Part shown: one piece after another, positions 10,101 through 21,092 of the stretch | Numbering within the stretch: position 1 is the first letter of the stretch | How the letters are laid out: each line of letters starts with the position of its first letter | DNA from: a virus | Direction: 5' to 3' (one strand) | Length of the DNA stretch: 64,000 bases | Virus record (IMG/VR): IMGVR_UViG_3300046333_000090 | Program-made: the position numbers and the translations under genes | Notes under the pieces: model-generated | The model's input: the letters and a program-made list of their open reading frames with translations, nothing else | Database searches by the model: none | What the model was told of the DNA's origin: nothing

Positions 10101-11957
10101 ATGAAGATCTCCCCGTTGACTAATCTCGACTACGAAAGCATTAAAACAGATCTAAAGCTATTTTTGAAAGATAACACTACATTTAGTGATTATGACTATA
10201 ATGGTTCAAATATCACTCAACTGATAAATTTGCTTGCGTATAATACATTTCTAAGTCAGTTTCAACTCAACTTAGCATTAAATGAATTATCGTTAGAAAC
10301 TGCAACATTACGAGATAATGTCACAGCTAAAGCGAATGAACTCGGATACACACCTAACAACTATTCTTCAGCACTTCTAGATTTGCCACTCACGTTCACC
10401 GTTCCCGCTGGTGCAAAATTTGTAGAGATTCCATCAGGAATAATGTTTGTCGGCACTAAATCTACAGACAACATTGGTTACACATTCAATAATGTAGATA
10501 GAAAGATCTTGCCAGCAACAAATGGTAATGTAACAACTACATTAACGCTAAGTGAAGGTGTATTGCTAACAAATTCTTACATTTATGGTGAAGAAGATGC
10601 AGATCGAATCATTCTGTTCAATGACAAAATCGACATCAACACAATTCGAGTTACATCAAATGGGATAAATTATACTAAATTTGACCGAAATAACGCTACA
10701 GATACAACATTCTATGTCTCTTTAATACAAGATCAAAACATAGAAATTCAATTTGGTGGTAATATTTTGGGAAAATCTCCGAATATTGGTGATACGGTAA
10801 CAGTATCATACCTCACTAATAATGGTTCTAATGGTAATAATATTAATCAAGGTACATTTGTAGGAAACATCAAATACTACTTTGACAACAATGCAATTGG
10901 TATAATAGTACCATTAGGAGATATTACAGTAGGAACAATTGCTGTTAGTAGTGGTGGGACAGATAGCCAGCCGCTTAAACAGATCAAATTTAATGCTAGA
11001 AATTTGTATACTGCACAGGATAGAGCAGTAGTAGCTAGTGACTATCAAGCGTTGTTGATAGAACATTTCCCTTTTATCAACTCAGTGATGGTCATTGGTG
11101 GAGAAACATTAGTACCACCAAGATACGGTCATGTGAAGCTAATTATACAAAATAAAGATGGAAATAAGCTGAATCAAGTACAGAAAAACAATATATTACA
11201 ATTTTTGAAGCGATACAACTTAACAAATATAATCATCATAGAGGACGCAAAGTATACCAAATTGAAGATCCGATCTTATATCAAATATGATCTGAAGAAA
11301 TTGCCTACTTATATCGATAAACTAATAGAAAAAATTAGTACTGCAATAAACGATTACGTCGCCACAGAAGACTTTGCTAATGGTTTTTATGGTAATAGGT
11401 TAGAATCAATCATTTATAATTTGGACAAATCCATCCTATCGGCAAAAATTAAACTAGTGCTAGTGGATGAGTTGAGTAGTAATAATGGTAATTATAAGGG
11501 AAATATTGGCAACAAGATTAAATCAGATAACTGCAAATTATTTTCCCTGATGAGTAAATCCTATAATCAGAATGGGACAAACTATAGAATTGTGTCTGTA
11601 GGAGATAGTGGAATAGTAGAGAAGCAGAAGTATACATCGGATGGGGATGTATATTCTTGGAATATGGATTCCAATGTAGGTACGATAGATCCTAAAACTG
11701 GCGAATTTGATCTAAATGTGGATACTAACGATCTAACTATTGTGACTATACCAGATACGCTAGACATAGATAATACTGGGGGTATATTAGTGCCAGTAGT
11801 ATTGCCCCCAGTGGTGTCTGTTGATGATATTGTAATCATTGATGATATTTCCATAGAGGAAGAAGTAGTCGATCCAGTAGTGATAGATGTGGTAACGCCA
11901 ATCGATACGGTAGTGATTAGCGATATTATTCCAATTTTGTCCAATATTGTTTGTTAA
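10101..11957 (+). CDS. gp6: Baseplate wedge gp6
   Basis: LDYESIKTDLK...FSDYDYNGS...LAYNT; AQDRAVVASDY. Confidence 0.92.
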   Translation: MKISPLTNLDYESIKTDLKLFLKDNTTFSDYDYNGSNITQLINLLAYNTFLSQFQLNLALNELSLETATLRDNVTAKANELGYTPNNYSSALLDLPLTFTVPAGAKFVEIPSGIMFVGTKSTDNIGYTFNNVDRKILPATNGNVTTTLTLSEGVLLTNSYIYGEEDADRIILFNDKIDINTIRVTSNGINYTKFDRNNATDTTFYVSLIQDQNIEIQFGGNILGKSPNIGDTVTVSYLTNNGSNGNNINQGTFVGNIKYYFDNNAIGIIVPLGDITVGTIAVSSGGTDSQPLKQIKFNARNLYTAQDRAVVASDYQALLIEHFPFINSVMVIGGETLVPPRYGHVKLIIQNKDGNKLNQVQKNNILQFLKRYNLTNIIIIEDAKYTKLKIRSYIKYDLKKLPTYIDKLIEKISTAINDYVATEDFANGFYGNRLESIIYNLDKSILSAKIKLVLVDELSSNNGNYKGNIGNKIKSDNCKLFSLMSKSYNQNGTNYRIVSVGDSGIVEKQKYTSDGDVYSWNMDSNVGTIDPKTGEFDLNVDTNDLTIVTIPDTLDIDNTGGILVPVVLPPVVSVDDIVIIDDISIEEEVVDPVVIDVVTPIDTVVISDIIPILSNIVC

Positions 11958-12019
11958 TAAGTCGTTTGTCCATAAAAAATAATAGTAATGACAACATTAC
12001 TATTATAACATAAATATTT

Positions 12020-12445
12020 TTATATATCAGATTTCTTATTTATAAATTTTAATAACTGCGCCGTACTTCCAACGAAAATACTATTATTAGTAGTATTGTT
12101 AGTATTGCCGCCATTCAATCCTTTGACCTTTTTGACTTCATTCGCCAATTTGATCAAAGATAAATTCAGTTCAACCGCCTCTCTCACCAACCCACCAGCG
12201 ACTTCATATGCGCGGGGAGTTTCTGATGCTTGGGCGACATCTATTGCATTGTCGATCAATCCGTTTAGTTTTTCTGAAAGAGCATGTAAATTGCTTCTGG
12301 TACGAACATAATCTACATCTAGATTAGTATTTATAGATGTGTCACCAATAGTAGTAGTAATAGGTTCGGCATCTACAACCTCTACTGGGGTAATAGACAC
12401 ATTTTCTATGTCCAATGATTCTGTAAGTTTATCAAATATTGACAT
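12020..12445 (-). CDS. gp16: Terminase small subunit gp16
   Basis: DYVRTRSNL...PRAYEVAG...NNSIFVGSTAQLLKFI, cyanophage gp16 signature. Confidence 0.9.
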   Translation of the reverse strand: MSIFDKLTESLDIENVSITPVEVVDAEPITTTIGDTSINTNLDVDYVRTRSNLHALSEKLNGLIDNAIDVAQASETPRAYEVAGGLVREAVELNLSLIKLANEVKKVKGLNGGNTNNTTNNSIFVGSTAQLLKFINKKSDI

Positions 12446-12635
12446 TTTATTTTTTTTTGAATCTGACTATATTTATATCAAATTGTTACATGTTTCCATG
12501 TTCTGCCGACTGTGATTCCAATCACTACCGCGACCGCGGTAGTAGTATCAAATTATTCAAATATGCTAATTAAAATCATTTTGGATATATCATTGGTGAC
12601 AGCTGCTTTGCAGCATTTCTCACCAATGATATGCC

Positions 12636-14951
12636 TCATACATCAATTATACTGATACTCACTGGGTCAGGAGTAGCTATTAAATAATTATTACCAGAAA
12701 CCAAAGTAAGAGTAACCGTCTTATTACCTTCTACAAAAGCACCAGTAATAGGAGTAATTATTAATTCTGTGGTAAGAATATTATTATTATCAAATGTAAT
12801 AACTGTGTCAACTAATTCATAATCAATACCATTAACCGCAATACCACCTAATATATAATTAACGCTCATAATACTAGTATTACCATCAGTCCTCGTAAAA
12901 GTAAATCCAGTGTTATTAGCATTAGCAACCACACTAACATCAGTAGGATCAATAATAGTCATAATAAATATGTCTGGTGTAAGTATTTCGTATCCACCTC
13001 CAGCAACTAATGTAATAGTAACTGTCTCAGAACCATCATTAAGCGCATCAAGAATAGGACGTATAGTTATAAAGGCATATTCAGAACCACGAGTAAATGT
13101 GACGGTATTATCCAGTAATTCATAATCAACACCATTAACCGCAGTACCACCTAATGTGTAATTAATAGTTAGAGGATTAGTATTGGAACCAGTTCTTTGT
13201 AATGTGAACGTCCCAATGAAGTCATCATTTTCCACAACAACAGGAAAATTAGCTGCATTCATAATCACACCAGCAAGAGAATCGTTAAGATTAATAGTAA
13301 CGGGATTAGGAGTAATAACGGTATATTCGCTACTGCCTAGCACAGTTAATTGAATATTTTCAGTTGGTTCTGCTACGTTATCAATAGTAGGATCAATTAT
13401 TAATTCAGCAGTGGCAGAACCAGCAGCAATTATGACAGAAGAATTAATTACTGTATAATCAACCCCATCAGTAGCAGTACCACCTAATGTGTAATTAATA
13501 GTTAAAGGATTAGTAGTGGAACCACTTCTTGTGAATGTATATGTAGCATTTACTACTTCATTTTCAACAATGCTCGTAGTACTAGCAACAGTGGTGATTT
13601 CAGGAAGTGCAGTAGTACTATCTAAAATATTAATACTTACCGGATCGGGAGTAATAGACACATATCCACTACCATCGACTAATGTAATAGAAACGGTTTC
13701 CGTTGCTTCGCTGTCTGCATCCACAATAGGAACGATTACCAAAGTAGAAGTAGCAGAATTGGCACCAAAAATAATAGAATTACCTACCGCAACATAATCT
13801 GCACTAGTGGTAGCAGTACCACCCAATATATAATTAACCGTCAATGGATTAGTAATATCGCCATTTCTTGTAAATGTATATACGGAATTGGTGTTTCCAT
13901 CTTCAGTGATATTAGTATTAGTCGCAAATAAACTAACATCAACGGGAATAGTATTACTTAATAAATTAATAATTACCGGATTAATACTAATAGAAATATA
14001 TCCGCTACCATTTATTAAATTTAATGATATTGTTTCTGTTTCCTCTTCAACATTATCAACAATAGGATTGATTACTAGTGTGGTGGTAGAAGAATTGGTA
14101 GCAAATATAGCTGAGGTACTAATTAATTCATAATCAACACCATTAACCGCAGTACCACCTAATGTGTAATTAATAGTTAGAGGATTAGCAGTGGAACCAC
14201 TTCTTGTGAATGTATATGTAGCATTTAATACTTCATTTTCAACAATAGTTGCCGTAGATGCAGTAACACTAACCTGAATATTACTTACCAACTCAAAATT
14301 AATAATATTTACAACAACTGGATTAACAGTATTTTTAATATATTCTGTATCATCAAGTAATTCTACAGAAATCGTTTCTGTAAATTCTACAATATTATCA
14401 GAAGTAGGATCGATTATCAGGGTGGCAGTATCAGATCCCGCAGGTATTATAATATTATCAGGTAATAACGCATAATCAAAACCATTAGTACAAGAACCGC
14501 TTAATATATAATTTACCACCAAGTCATAATTGTTATACCCAGTTCTAGTAAATGTATATACTAGATTGGTAGCACTATTTTCATCAGCAGTAGAAATAGT
14601 GGCAGATACACTGACCCCGACATCTTTAATTATATTTACTATAATTGGGGTAATAGTATCTACAGCATAATCAGCACTATCCACTAATGTTAAAGAAATA
14701 GCCTCATACAATTGAGTAAGATTAGTTGTGCGAGGATTAATAGTTAATGTAGTAGTATTAGATCCGGCGGGGATGACGATGGGAATTTTGGCAGAAATCG
14801 CACCAACATTATTACTATCAGTAAATCTATAAAAAATAGTCAATGGATTGTCTGTACTACCAGTTCTAATAAATGTAAATTCGATATAATGTATAGTATT
14901 TACCGAATTATAAACTCTAACTCTAGTATCATCAGAAATTAATATTGGCAT
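12636..14951 (-). CDS. Calx-beta repeat protein (~7 units), probable virion surface/adhesion protein
   Basis: Repeated YTFTRxG...LTxNYxLGGTAxxGxDY...IxPxxDxxxExxETxxxxL units. Confidence 0.8.
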   Translation of the reverse strand: MPILISDDTRVRVYNSVNTIHYIEFTFIRTGSTDNPLTIFYRFTDSNNVGAISAKIPIVIPAGSNTTTLTINPRTTNLTQLYEAISLTLVDSADYAVDTITPIIVNIIKDVGVSVSATISTADENSATNLVYTFTRTGYNNYDLVVNYILSGSCTNGFDYALLPDNIIIPAGSDTATLIIDPTSDNIVEFTETISVELLDDTEYIKNTVNPVVVNIINFELVSNIQVSVTASTATIVENEVLNATYTFTRSGSTANPLTINYTLGGTAVNGVDYELISTSAIFATNSSTTTLVINPIVDNVEEETETISLNLINGSGYISISINPVIINLLSNTIPVDVSLFATNTNITEDGNTNSVYTFTRNGDITNPLTVNYILGGTATTSADYVAVGNSIIFGANSATSTLVIVPIVDADSEATETVSITLVDGSGYVSITPDPVSINILDSTTALPEITTVASTTSIVENEVVNATYTFTRSGSTTNPLTINYTLGGTATDGVDYTVINSSVIIAAGSATAELIIDPTIDNVAEPTENIQLTVLGSSEYTVITPNPVTINLNDSLAGVIMNAANFPVVVENDDFIGTFTLQRTGSNTNPLTINYTLGGTAVNGVDYELLDNTVTFTRGSEYAFITIRPILDALNDGSETVTITLVAGGGYEILTPDIFIMTIIDPTDVSVVANANNTGFTFTRTDGNTSIMSVNYILGGIAVNGIDYELVDTVITFDNNNILTTELIITPITGAFVEGNKTVTLTLVSGNNYLIATPDPVSISIIDV

Positions 14952-14986
14952 AAAATTATTAAATTTAATATTTATATTTAGTTCAG

Positions 14987-15784
14987 CTAATTTATTGCCA
15001 ATGCGAATCCAAAATCACTAGTAGCAGTTAATAAATTATTATCTAATTGATTTATTGCCCCATCATTATTCAGATCGGTCTTAGCTACTGGCGTTACTAC
15101 TAATGTAGATGCAGGCACGACACTATTATTGACTGTATTTATATTTACGGTTACATGTTTAATCAACTTATTACTGTTATCAGTAATTGCTCCAAATATA
15201 TTACCACTAGCCGTAAATCTTAATGTATATATAATTTCTCTAGTGGAATCCATATAATTCCCCGCATAACTATCACTATAATTAATATTATTCAGGGTGA
15301 TTGGTACTTCTGTACTTGGGAATCCTGCCGTACTGACTATATTTATAGTGAATGTGGGAGTAAAGTATGGTAATATTTGTTCGACTATTTGTAGAACATC
15401 ATCATTAGAAATAGTGAGTATATTGACTTCAAAATCTAAATTGTAGGGCACTGGTACTAAAGTTGAGGACTTCCCATCAATACTGCAATTGTAGAGTTTG
15501 TTTAAGGTATTCAGTTTTCGTTCTGGATCGTATTGGAGCGAGATCATCTCAAAAACGATCTGAGGATACTTCATTCCAATCAAAGTAGTATCTTCCAGAT
15601 CTGGTACTTCTAGTGCCCTCGCTAGAAGGCGGTCTCTGTTCGAGTAGTGGATCGGGACTTTGATAGTTTGGATCAATGTGTTGGTCTTGTCATATCTTCG
15701 TAATTCAATGTTCGAGAATAGAGTGCCGAATGCTATAATAATTCGTTTAATTGATTCGTTATAAAACCATCTATTTCCTAACAT
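14987..15784 (-). CDS. gp15: Tail sheath stabiliser/completion protein gp15
   Basis: FYNESIKRIIIAFGTLFSNI...PVPYNLDF...QIVEQILPYFTP. Confidence 0.93.
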   Translation of the reverse strand: MLGNRWFYNESIKRIIIAFGTLFSNIELRRYDKTNTLIQTIKVPIHYSNRDRLLARALEVPDLEDTTLIGMKYPQIVFEMISLQYDPERKLNTLNKLYNCSIDGKSSTLVPVPYNLDFEVNILTISNDDVLQIVEQILPYFTPTFTINIVSTAGFPSTEVPITLNNINYSDSYAGNYMDSTREIIYTLRFTASGNIFGAITDNSNKLIKHVTVNINTVNNSVVPASTLVVTPVAKTDLNNDGAINQLDNNLLTATSDFGFALAIN

Positions 15785-15819
15785 TTTTATATTTTGATAC
15801 TTGTATTCATATTTAGAGT

Positions 15820-16115
15820 TATGGTGCGTTGTGGGGCATCCTAGACCTCTCTCAGAGCAGAATAGGTTTACCCCATGTTGCTTGATTCTCTAGATGTGCT
15901 TCAATTAATTGATTTTGACATACCTCCCTGTGCTAAAGCATCGCTTCGCTCAGGGATTCCTCTGCGTTTCTCAGAACAATTGCTATCTAATTACCCCGTA
16001 AGGGGTTTTTACCCAAATCTCCGATAAACTATCTTTTTATTAGCATTTTTTTATATACATTATGATTAGGTTGATCGAACTGCCAAAGATTTAATATTTT
16101 ACAGAAATGAATCAT
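15820..16115 (-). pseudogene. HNH family copy B: only the 5' and 3' ends remain, interrupted by an IS200/IS605 right-end remnant
   Basis: MIHFCKILNLWQFDQPNHN start at 16115; QLIEAHLENQATWGKPILL end near 15850-15912. Confidence 0.8.
15915..16045 (-). mobile_element. IS200/IS605 right-end / TnpB omegaRNA-type remnant (PATE-like)
   Basis: - strand ...GGAATCCCTGAGCGAAGCGATGCTTTAGCACAGGGAGGTATGTCAA: hairpin plus TCAA end. Far boundary approximate. Confidence 0.65.
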
Positions 16116-16157
16116 AATTTGCTAATATAAAGTATATAATCATTATAACACAAAAAA

Positions 16158-17018
16158 TTAAAAGTTATTCATAAAATTACTTGTCACGATTTTGCCTAAA
16201 GCATTGACTTCGCTCTGATCTACAATAGTATCTGCCTTCTTCTCTAGTAAATCATTTATATCCATCAAAATATTAGTATCATCAGTGGTCTTAAATTTGG
16301 CAATACTCCAGACAGTAGAACCACTAATTATAGGTAAAATCTCATTCACCGCACCATTCATATCAATTAATTTCAATTCTCTAGTGACTATATTCCAGTC
16401 AACTACCTTACCATTAACAGTTCCATTATTTGCCGCTTCGCCAATAATAAAATCACCAACTCCAGCATCTAATGTGATAGTAAGTGCAGTGCTAAACCCG
16501 TTTGCTTCTCGTTCCACAATGTCAGTATTAATACGTTGATTGCTATATTTGTAAGCTTCACAACTTAATTTGTACGTTTGTATCTTACCGAACTGTCTAT
16601 AGGGGTTCTCTTCTTCAACAAACTTTATTTGAAACAGTTCTCTAGAAACGATAGAATATATAAGATCCCCTTCCAATGGTCTGGTTAGTGATGAAAGATT
16701 GTTGTCCAATACCACTTGCTCAAACTTAGTTTTAGAGATGGTGTATATTGCTTCATCCTTAACTTCTATCCCAAACTTACCAAAAATGTTAGCTTGATTC
16801 CCAAACCCAGAGTTTTGATTGTCCATATATGCTTCTAATAAAAAAGATTCCGTGTATTTGGACAGAATATCCTCACCAAATAAAGTATCAAAATTGACAA
16901 TTGTGCGAGGAAGATATAGAATGTCCTCACCCATGATATAGATGGATTCAGTGATGATGTTTTCATATAATCTCTGCTCATTTTCCGAAGAATTTCTAAA
17001 GTACGGTGATTTAGCCAT
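16158..17018 (-). CDS. gp14: Neck protein gp14
   Basis: EQRLYENIITESI...YLPRT...FGED...KFGIEVKDE...RPLEGDLIY. Confidence 0.93.
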   Translation of the reverse strand: MAKSPYFRNSSENEQRLYENIITESIYIMGEDILYLPRTIVNFDTLFGEDILSKYTESFLLEAYMDNQNSGFGNQANIFGKFGIEVKDEAIYTISKTKFEQVVLDNNLSSLTRPLEGDLIYSIVSRELFQIKFVEEENPYRQFGKIQTYKLSCEAYKYSNQRINTDIVEREANGFSTALTITLDAGVGDFIIGEAANNGTVNGKVVDWNIVTRELKLIDMNGAVNEILPIISGSTVWSIAKFKTTDDTNILMDINDLLEKKADTIVDQSEVNALGKIVTSNFMNNF

Positions 17019-17235
17019 TGTAACCCCAAATATTGGTATTAATATTTATAAAAAAACTCCCCATTATTAACAGGGAGTTATTAAATTTAATAATTATATT
17101 CTTCCAAAGTTTGTCTAGCTGCATCTTCTGCGGTTAACCCATTATTAATTAAATACCTGCGGCGCGATACTAGTTTACAAATCATTTGCTTATCGTTTTT
17201 TATACTAAAAATCAGTGTTTTTAATTTGGTGTCCA

Positions 17236-17628
17236 TTATAGTTTATGTAGTGATGTGAACATAGTTTCTCCAGCAATTGATAACTCTAATAAAAATTCGG
17301 AAACAGTTGGCAATTTTGATAAATTATTAAGGTAGTATTCAACTTTGTTGAATATAAAATCAAAATCTGCATCGTCTGATATTAATACAGTTTCTGCTGA
17401 CCAATCACCATCATCAATGTTATTAATAGTCACATTAACTGCCGCACCATTTTGTTTAATATTTTTTACATATTTTATAGACTGACGTAATTTGATCGAT
17501 AGTAATCCACTATCATAATCAAACATTGGAAAATCACCAGTGGGTATATAACGAATGAGGTTATATTTAGACATTTCTCGAAATTTAAAATATTCTCGAT
17601 AGACTGCGGACAAACTTTTATAGTTCAT
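17236..17628 (-). CDS. Hypothetical protein
   Basis: 130-aa ORF, no recognised motif. Confidence 0.5.
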   Translation of the reverse strand: MNYKSLSAVYREYFKFREMSKYNLIRYIPTGDFPMFDYDSGLLSIKLRQSIKYVKNIKQNGAAVNVTINNIDDGDWSAETVLISDDADFDFIFNKVEYYLNNLSKLPTVSEFLLELSIAGETMFTSLHKL

Positions 17629-17640
17629 TGTTATTAATAT

Positions 17641-17877
17641 TTGAATGACCCGTACTTACTAATAAAGTTACAAGTTCCTTAGACCAACATATCCAAGATG
17701 TCCTATTTAATAGAATCTAAACAATTAGATTTATAGAGGTACAGCCTAGGAAAATATCTGAACGTATGTGCCAGGATATGTATTGTAGATGTGGTCAGAC
17801 CACAAATGATCTAGACAAGACTTGAGTTAGATATATTGTTATACCCAAGCCACGGGGTTAACCCCGTGGTTCTTGAC
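17641..17877 (-). ncRNA. Stand-alone IscB-type omegaRNA (HEARO-like), copy 1
   Basis: Starts GTCAAGAACCACGGGGTTAACCCCGTGGCTTG; ~200 nt nearly identical to the RNA in front of the IscB PLMP remnant at 48368-48602; no iscB follows. Confidence 0.75.
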
Positions 17878-17923
17878 AATTAATCTTTCGCTACTTATAT
17901 ATTATGACACCATCTCCATAAAA

Positions 17924-17951
17924 TGGTTATCCGCCATTTGGCGGATAACCA
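17924..17951 (-). terminator. Intrinsic terminator after gp43
   Basis: TGGTTATCCGCCA-N2-TGGCGGATAACCA hairpin followed by a T run on -. Confidence 0.7.
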
Positions 17952-17956
17952 ATACA

Positions 17957-20443
17957 CTAGAACAGCAAATCTTCTAGTGTATTGGATTCAGTTAATTCCC
18001 ATCCTACAACATTTAGAACGCCCTCTAGGGGAGTTAAGAAACATTTCTCTAGCATTAAGTCGTGATCCACATACTGCTCTAACCCCATTTCTGGCGGTAT
18101 GCTGCCAAAAAAGGCAATAATATTCTCGTGGATGGGATTGGGCATCTTTAGATATACCGTTTTAATTTTATCACCATTTTTGATTAATTGATATTTTTTT
18201 TCCAAATTATTAACAAGAATATATCCATTATATACAATTGCAGACCTTGCACCAATAGGTGTCCCTTTTATGTATCCATTACTATACGGATCCGTATACT
18301 TGTTCACATCAGACACTCCACGCGCAACACCAATTTCGGCAGAAGTTAGCTTTTTGCTATCAGACCGTACCCGATCTACATATTCAATCAATTCTGAATT
18401 ATTAGAATTGATGATAACAGAATATGCAGAGTTCAACTTATCTCGAAAACACTTAGGAGTAGACGAACGTACTACTTCTAATCCAACTACCTTTAATTTT
18501 GGTTCTTTGTAGCGCACCCCTTCTGCATCATAAACATTAGATATGTATCGTTTTTTACCAGTAATCAAGAATTTACTAGAAATCGTGTCCCGAACCATCG
18601 TAAGACACTGCTTATACACATGCAAATATTCTCCCAGTTCGTCATATATTTCTGATATCTTTGGACTGATAATAGCTTGACAATATTCGTCCAAATAATC
18701 AACTATTTGCTCATTATTCATACCTTCACATTTAGCCAATACTAAATCGTTAAAATCAATAAACATAGAATCTGTATCGTTAGCAATAATACGGTCTTTA
18801 CTCTTGCCTACTAGTTCAGAAATAAATATGTTAATTCTGTCACTCGCGCAACGAATAGCGACTTGTCCAGTATGCGTAATTGAAGTAGCGTTTGCTAAGT
18901 TATAATACCTGAAATATGGCGATCCTAGAACACCATAAGCACTATTCATGGCAATTTTTTTGGCAAGCTGTATGTTATTGTAGGTAGATATATCTATCGC
19001 TAATTGCTCGGTAGGATTAATTTGATATTCCTTTTCTGCTTCTTTTTGTAATTTTTTATAATGTTTTCGTTCACTATAGTACTTTGACATTAGTTGAGAT
19101 AACATACCTTCACTAGTACGATCATACAACGTACCAGAAGGAGAAATACAATAATCGGTGTATCGAGAGAAGTCTAAACTTTCATTCAATACCTTTTCTA
19201 TTGTTATTTGTGGGTCAAATCCTCGTATAGTCTCTGGGGAGATATTAAGCAGTTGGATAATGTGAGGATACAGAGATGCCAAATCGAATGACACAACCCA
19301 ACTATACATACCAGGGTTAGGTTCTTTGACAAATGCACCATCAAATTTGTCATCTTTGGTATTATAAGCTTTAGAAGGAACTACTATATTTCTTTCTTTG
19401 AGGTAATTATAGATAATATTATCCCAGCAACATACTTGAGAATATACATCAGAGAAATTAATTTTGGCATCATATGATACTACTAATGCTAAGTCTAGTA
19501 GACCCATCTTTTCTTCTAATCGCCGGAGTAATCGTACATCTTGTAAATTATAAGAAGTAAATTTGAAAATGTTTTCAGTGTAGAATGAAATCCAACTACC
19601 ATACTCGCTATGATCTAACTTTTCTGCCCCCAATTCCACATTAGCAATATGATCCAATGAATAACTTTCTTGATTCTTATATGTAAACTTTTTGTAAAGC
19701 TGCATATAATCTAAGTGAGATACCCCTACGATCTCATACACAGTATATTCATTACCAAAATCATAATCCTTTTTAGTATGAATCCTACCCCAAGGTGACA
19801 ACTTCTTGCTATATGATTCACCCAAGACTAGATTGATTCGATTAATTATATAGGGAATATCAAATTTTATACCATTCCAACTAGAAAGAACATCTGGATA
19901 ATTATCTTTCCAATAATTAAGAAACCCAATCAGCATATCAGGTTCAGTGCTATATTGGTGATACACCGTATCTACTTCTTCTAAAGTTATATCTGCAATA
20001 CCATACACATTGTATATCTTTGTATATGAATCGTATAAAGTAAGACAAATTATACTCTCTTGTGGATCGTTTACATTGGGAAATCCATATTCGCTGGTAG
20101 TTTCGATATCCAAATAGAACTTCCTGACCAGTTCATTATTAAATTTAATAATTTCTGGAAACTTTTCTGATAACCATATATAGTTAAATTTCTCATAACC
20201 ATACACTTTGAAATCAGTTACATACTCGTACTCCTTAATAAAATCCTTTGCTTCTTTGACGGTATTGAAGGATTTTGGTGATACAAATTCGCCAGATAAA
20301 GTTTTATAATCAGTGGGAGTATTTGATTTTAGATATAAAGATGGGGAAATTGGTTCTTTGAATTGAACCCTTTTCCCATCCTGATACCCAATATAATATA
20401 TAATATTTCCGAAAAGTTTGCAGCTAACATACTGTGCAGACAT
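17957..20443 (-). CDS. gp43: Family B DNA polymerase gp43
   Basis: DIET exonuclease I, SFDLASLYPHII, KKIAMNSAYG, DTDS, KKRY motifs. Confidence 0.97.
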   Translation of the reverse strand: MSAQYVSCKLFGNIIYYIGYQDGKRVQFKEPISPSLYLKSNTPTDYKTLSGEFVSPKSFNTVKEAKDFIKEYEYVTDFKVYGYEKFNYIWLSEKFPEIIKFNNELVRKFYLDIETTSEYGFPNVNDPQESIICLTLYDSYTKIYNVYGIADITLEEVDTVYHQYSTEPDMLIGFLNYWKDNYPDVLSSWNGIKFDIPYIINRINLVLGESYSKKLSPWGRIHTKKDYDFGNEYTVYEIVGVSHLDYMQLYKKFTYKNQESYSLDHIANVELGAEKLDHSEYGSWISFYTENIFKFTSYNLQDVRLLRRLEEKMGLLDLALVVSYDAKINFSDVYSQVCCWDNIIYNYLKERNIVVPSKAYNTKDDKFDGAFVKEPNPGMYSWVVSFDLASLYPHIIQLLNISPETIRGFDPQITIEKVLNESLDFSRYTDYCISPSGTLYDRTSEGMLSQLMSKYYSERKHYKKLQKEAEKEYQINPTEQLAIDISTYNNIQLAKKIAMNSAYGVLGSPYFRYYNLANATSITHTGQVAIRCASDRINIFISELVGKSKDRIIANDTDSMFIDFNDLVLAKCEGMNNEQIVDYLDEYCQAIISPKISEIYDELGEYLHVYKQCLTMVRDTISSKFLITGKKRYISNVYDAEGVRYKEPKLKVVGLEVVRSSTPKCFRDKLNSAYSVIINSNNSELIEYVDRVRSDSKKLTSAEIGVARGVSDVNKYTDPYSNGYIKGTPIGARSAIVYNGYILVNNLEKKYQLIKNGDKIKTVYLKMPNPIHENIIAFFGSIPPEMGLEQYVDHDLMLEKCFLTPLEGVLNVVGWELTESNTLEDLLF

Positions 20444-20493
20444 GTTTCAATTTCCTTATTTTAATACTATCGTATCACTAAAATTAATTATTG

Positions 20494-20715
20494 TCAATCA
20501 TCGATTTCTATATATCCTTCACCTACTAATGAAAAGTGATCGTAACCTAATGGCAATTGCATCCTCAATCGATTCCTTAATTGTATAGTGGCTGTCTGTA
20601 ATATGGTTTCATATGGTTGTTTATAAACAATCACTACACCAGATAATAAGGGTAGCTGATATTGAAAACAATAATATTTTAGTTTAGTATTCATAGCTTC
20701 ACATATCCCACACAA
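20494..20715 (-). CDS. Hypothetical protein
   Basis: Short ORF in a run of - strand genes. Confidence 0.4.
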   Translation of the reverse strand: MCGICEAMNTKLKYYCFQYQLPLLSGVVIVYKQPYETILQTATIQLRNRLRMQLPLGYDHFSLVGEGYIEIDD

Positions 20716-21092
20716 GTTTGATATAATGCAGTAAATTCCGCACCATTCGCAGTAACCATAATGTCTTCATATATTTTTTGAGACAATTCTTCTAATTTAC
20801 CTTCTGGTAAGTCTTTCCAGACTTCATCTGGTTTTGTATTAACTACCAGATCTACTTTTTTAATTTGTGAATAATTATTAGCAGGATCGACTCCTCTCAA
20901 CTCACGAACTTTATGGTTCGGCATATAATGAAGTTGTTTGTTTAGTATCCCATATTCTTTAATCAAATCACAAATTTCTGGTACTGTAATACCTAACTGC
21001 ATAGCCATATCTGTACGACTACAACTTGTTTTTGCTAATAAAATTATTTCTTCTTTTGTTGGTTTCATGTTCTTAATTAAATATGTTTCCAA
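20691..21092 (-). CDS. Hypothetical protein, possible N-terminal HTH
   Basis: SRTDMAMQLGITVPEICDLIKEYGI resembles an HTH. Confidence 0.5.
   Translation of the reverse strand: METYLIKNMKPTKEEIILLAKTSCSRTDMAMQLGITVPEICDLIKEYGILNKQLHYMPNHKVRELRGVDPANNYSQIKKVDLVVNTKPDEVWKDLPEGKLEELSQKIYEDIMVTANGAEFTALYQTCVGYVKL

Noticed and set aside
12480-12635. Remnant HTH (…GRTWKHV) between gp16 and the Calx-beta gene
   Set aside because: Probably a scrap of a homing endonuclease C-terminus with an internal stop; too degraded to call
12910-14133. + strand ORFs inside the Calx-beta gene
   Set aside because: Antisense shadows of a repetitive coding sequence
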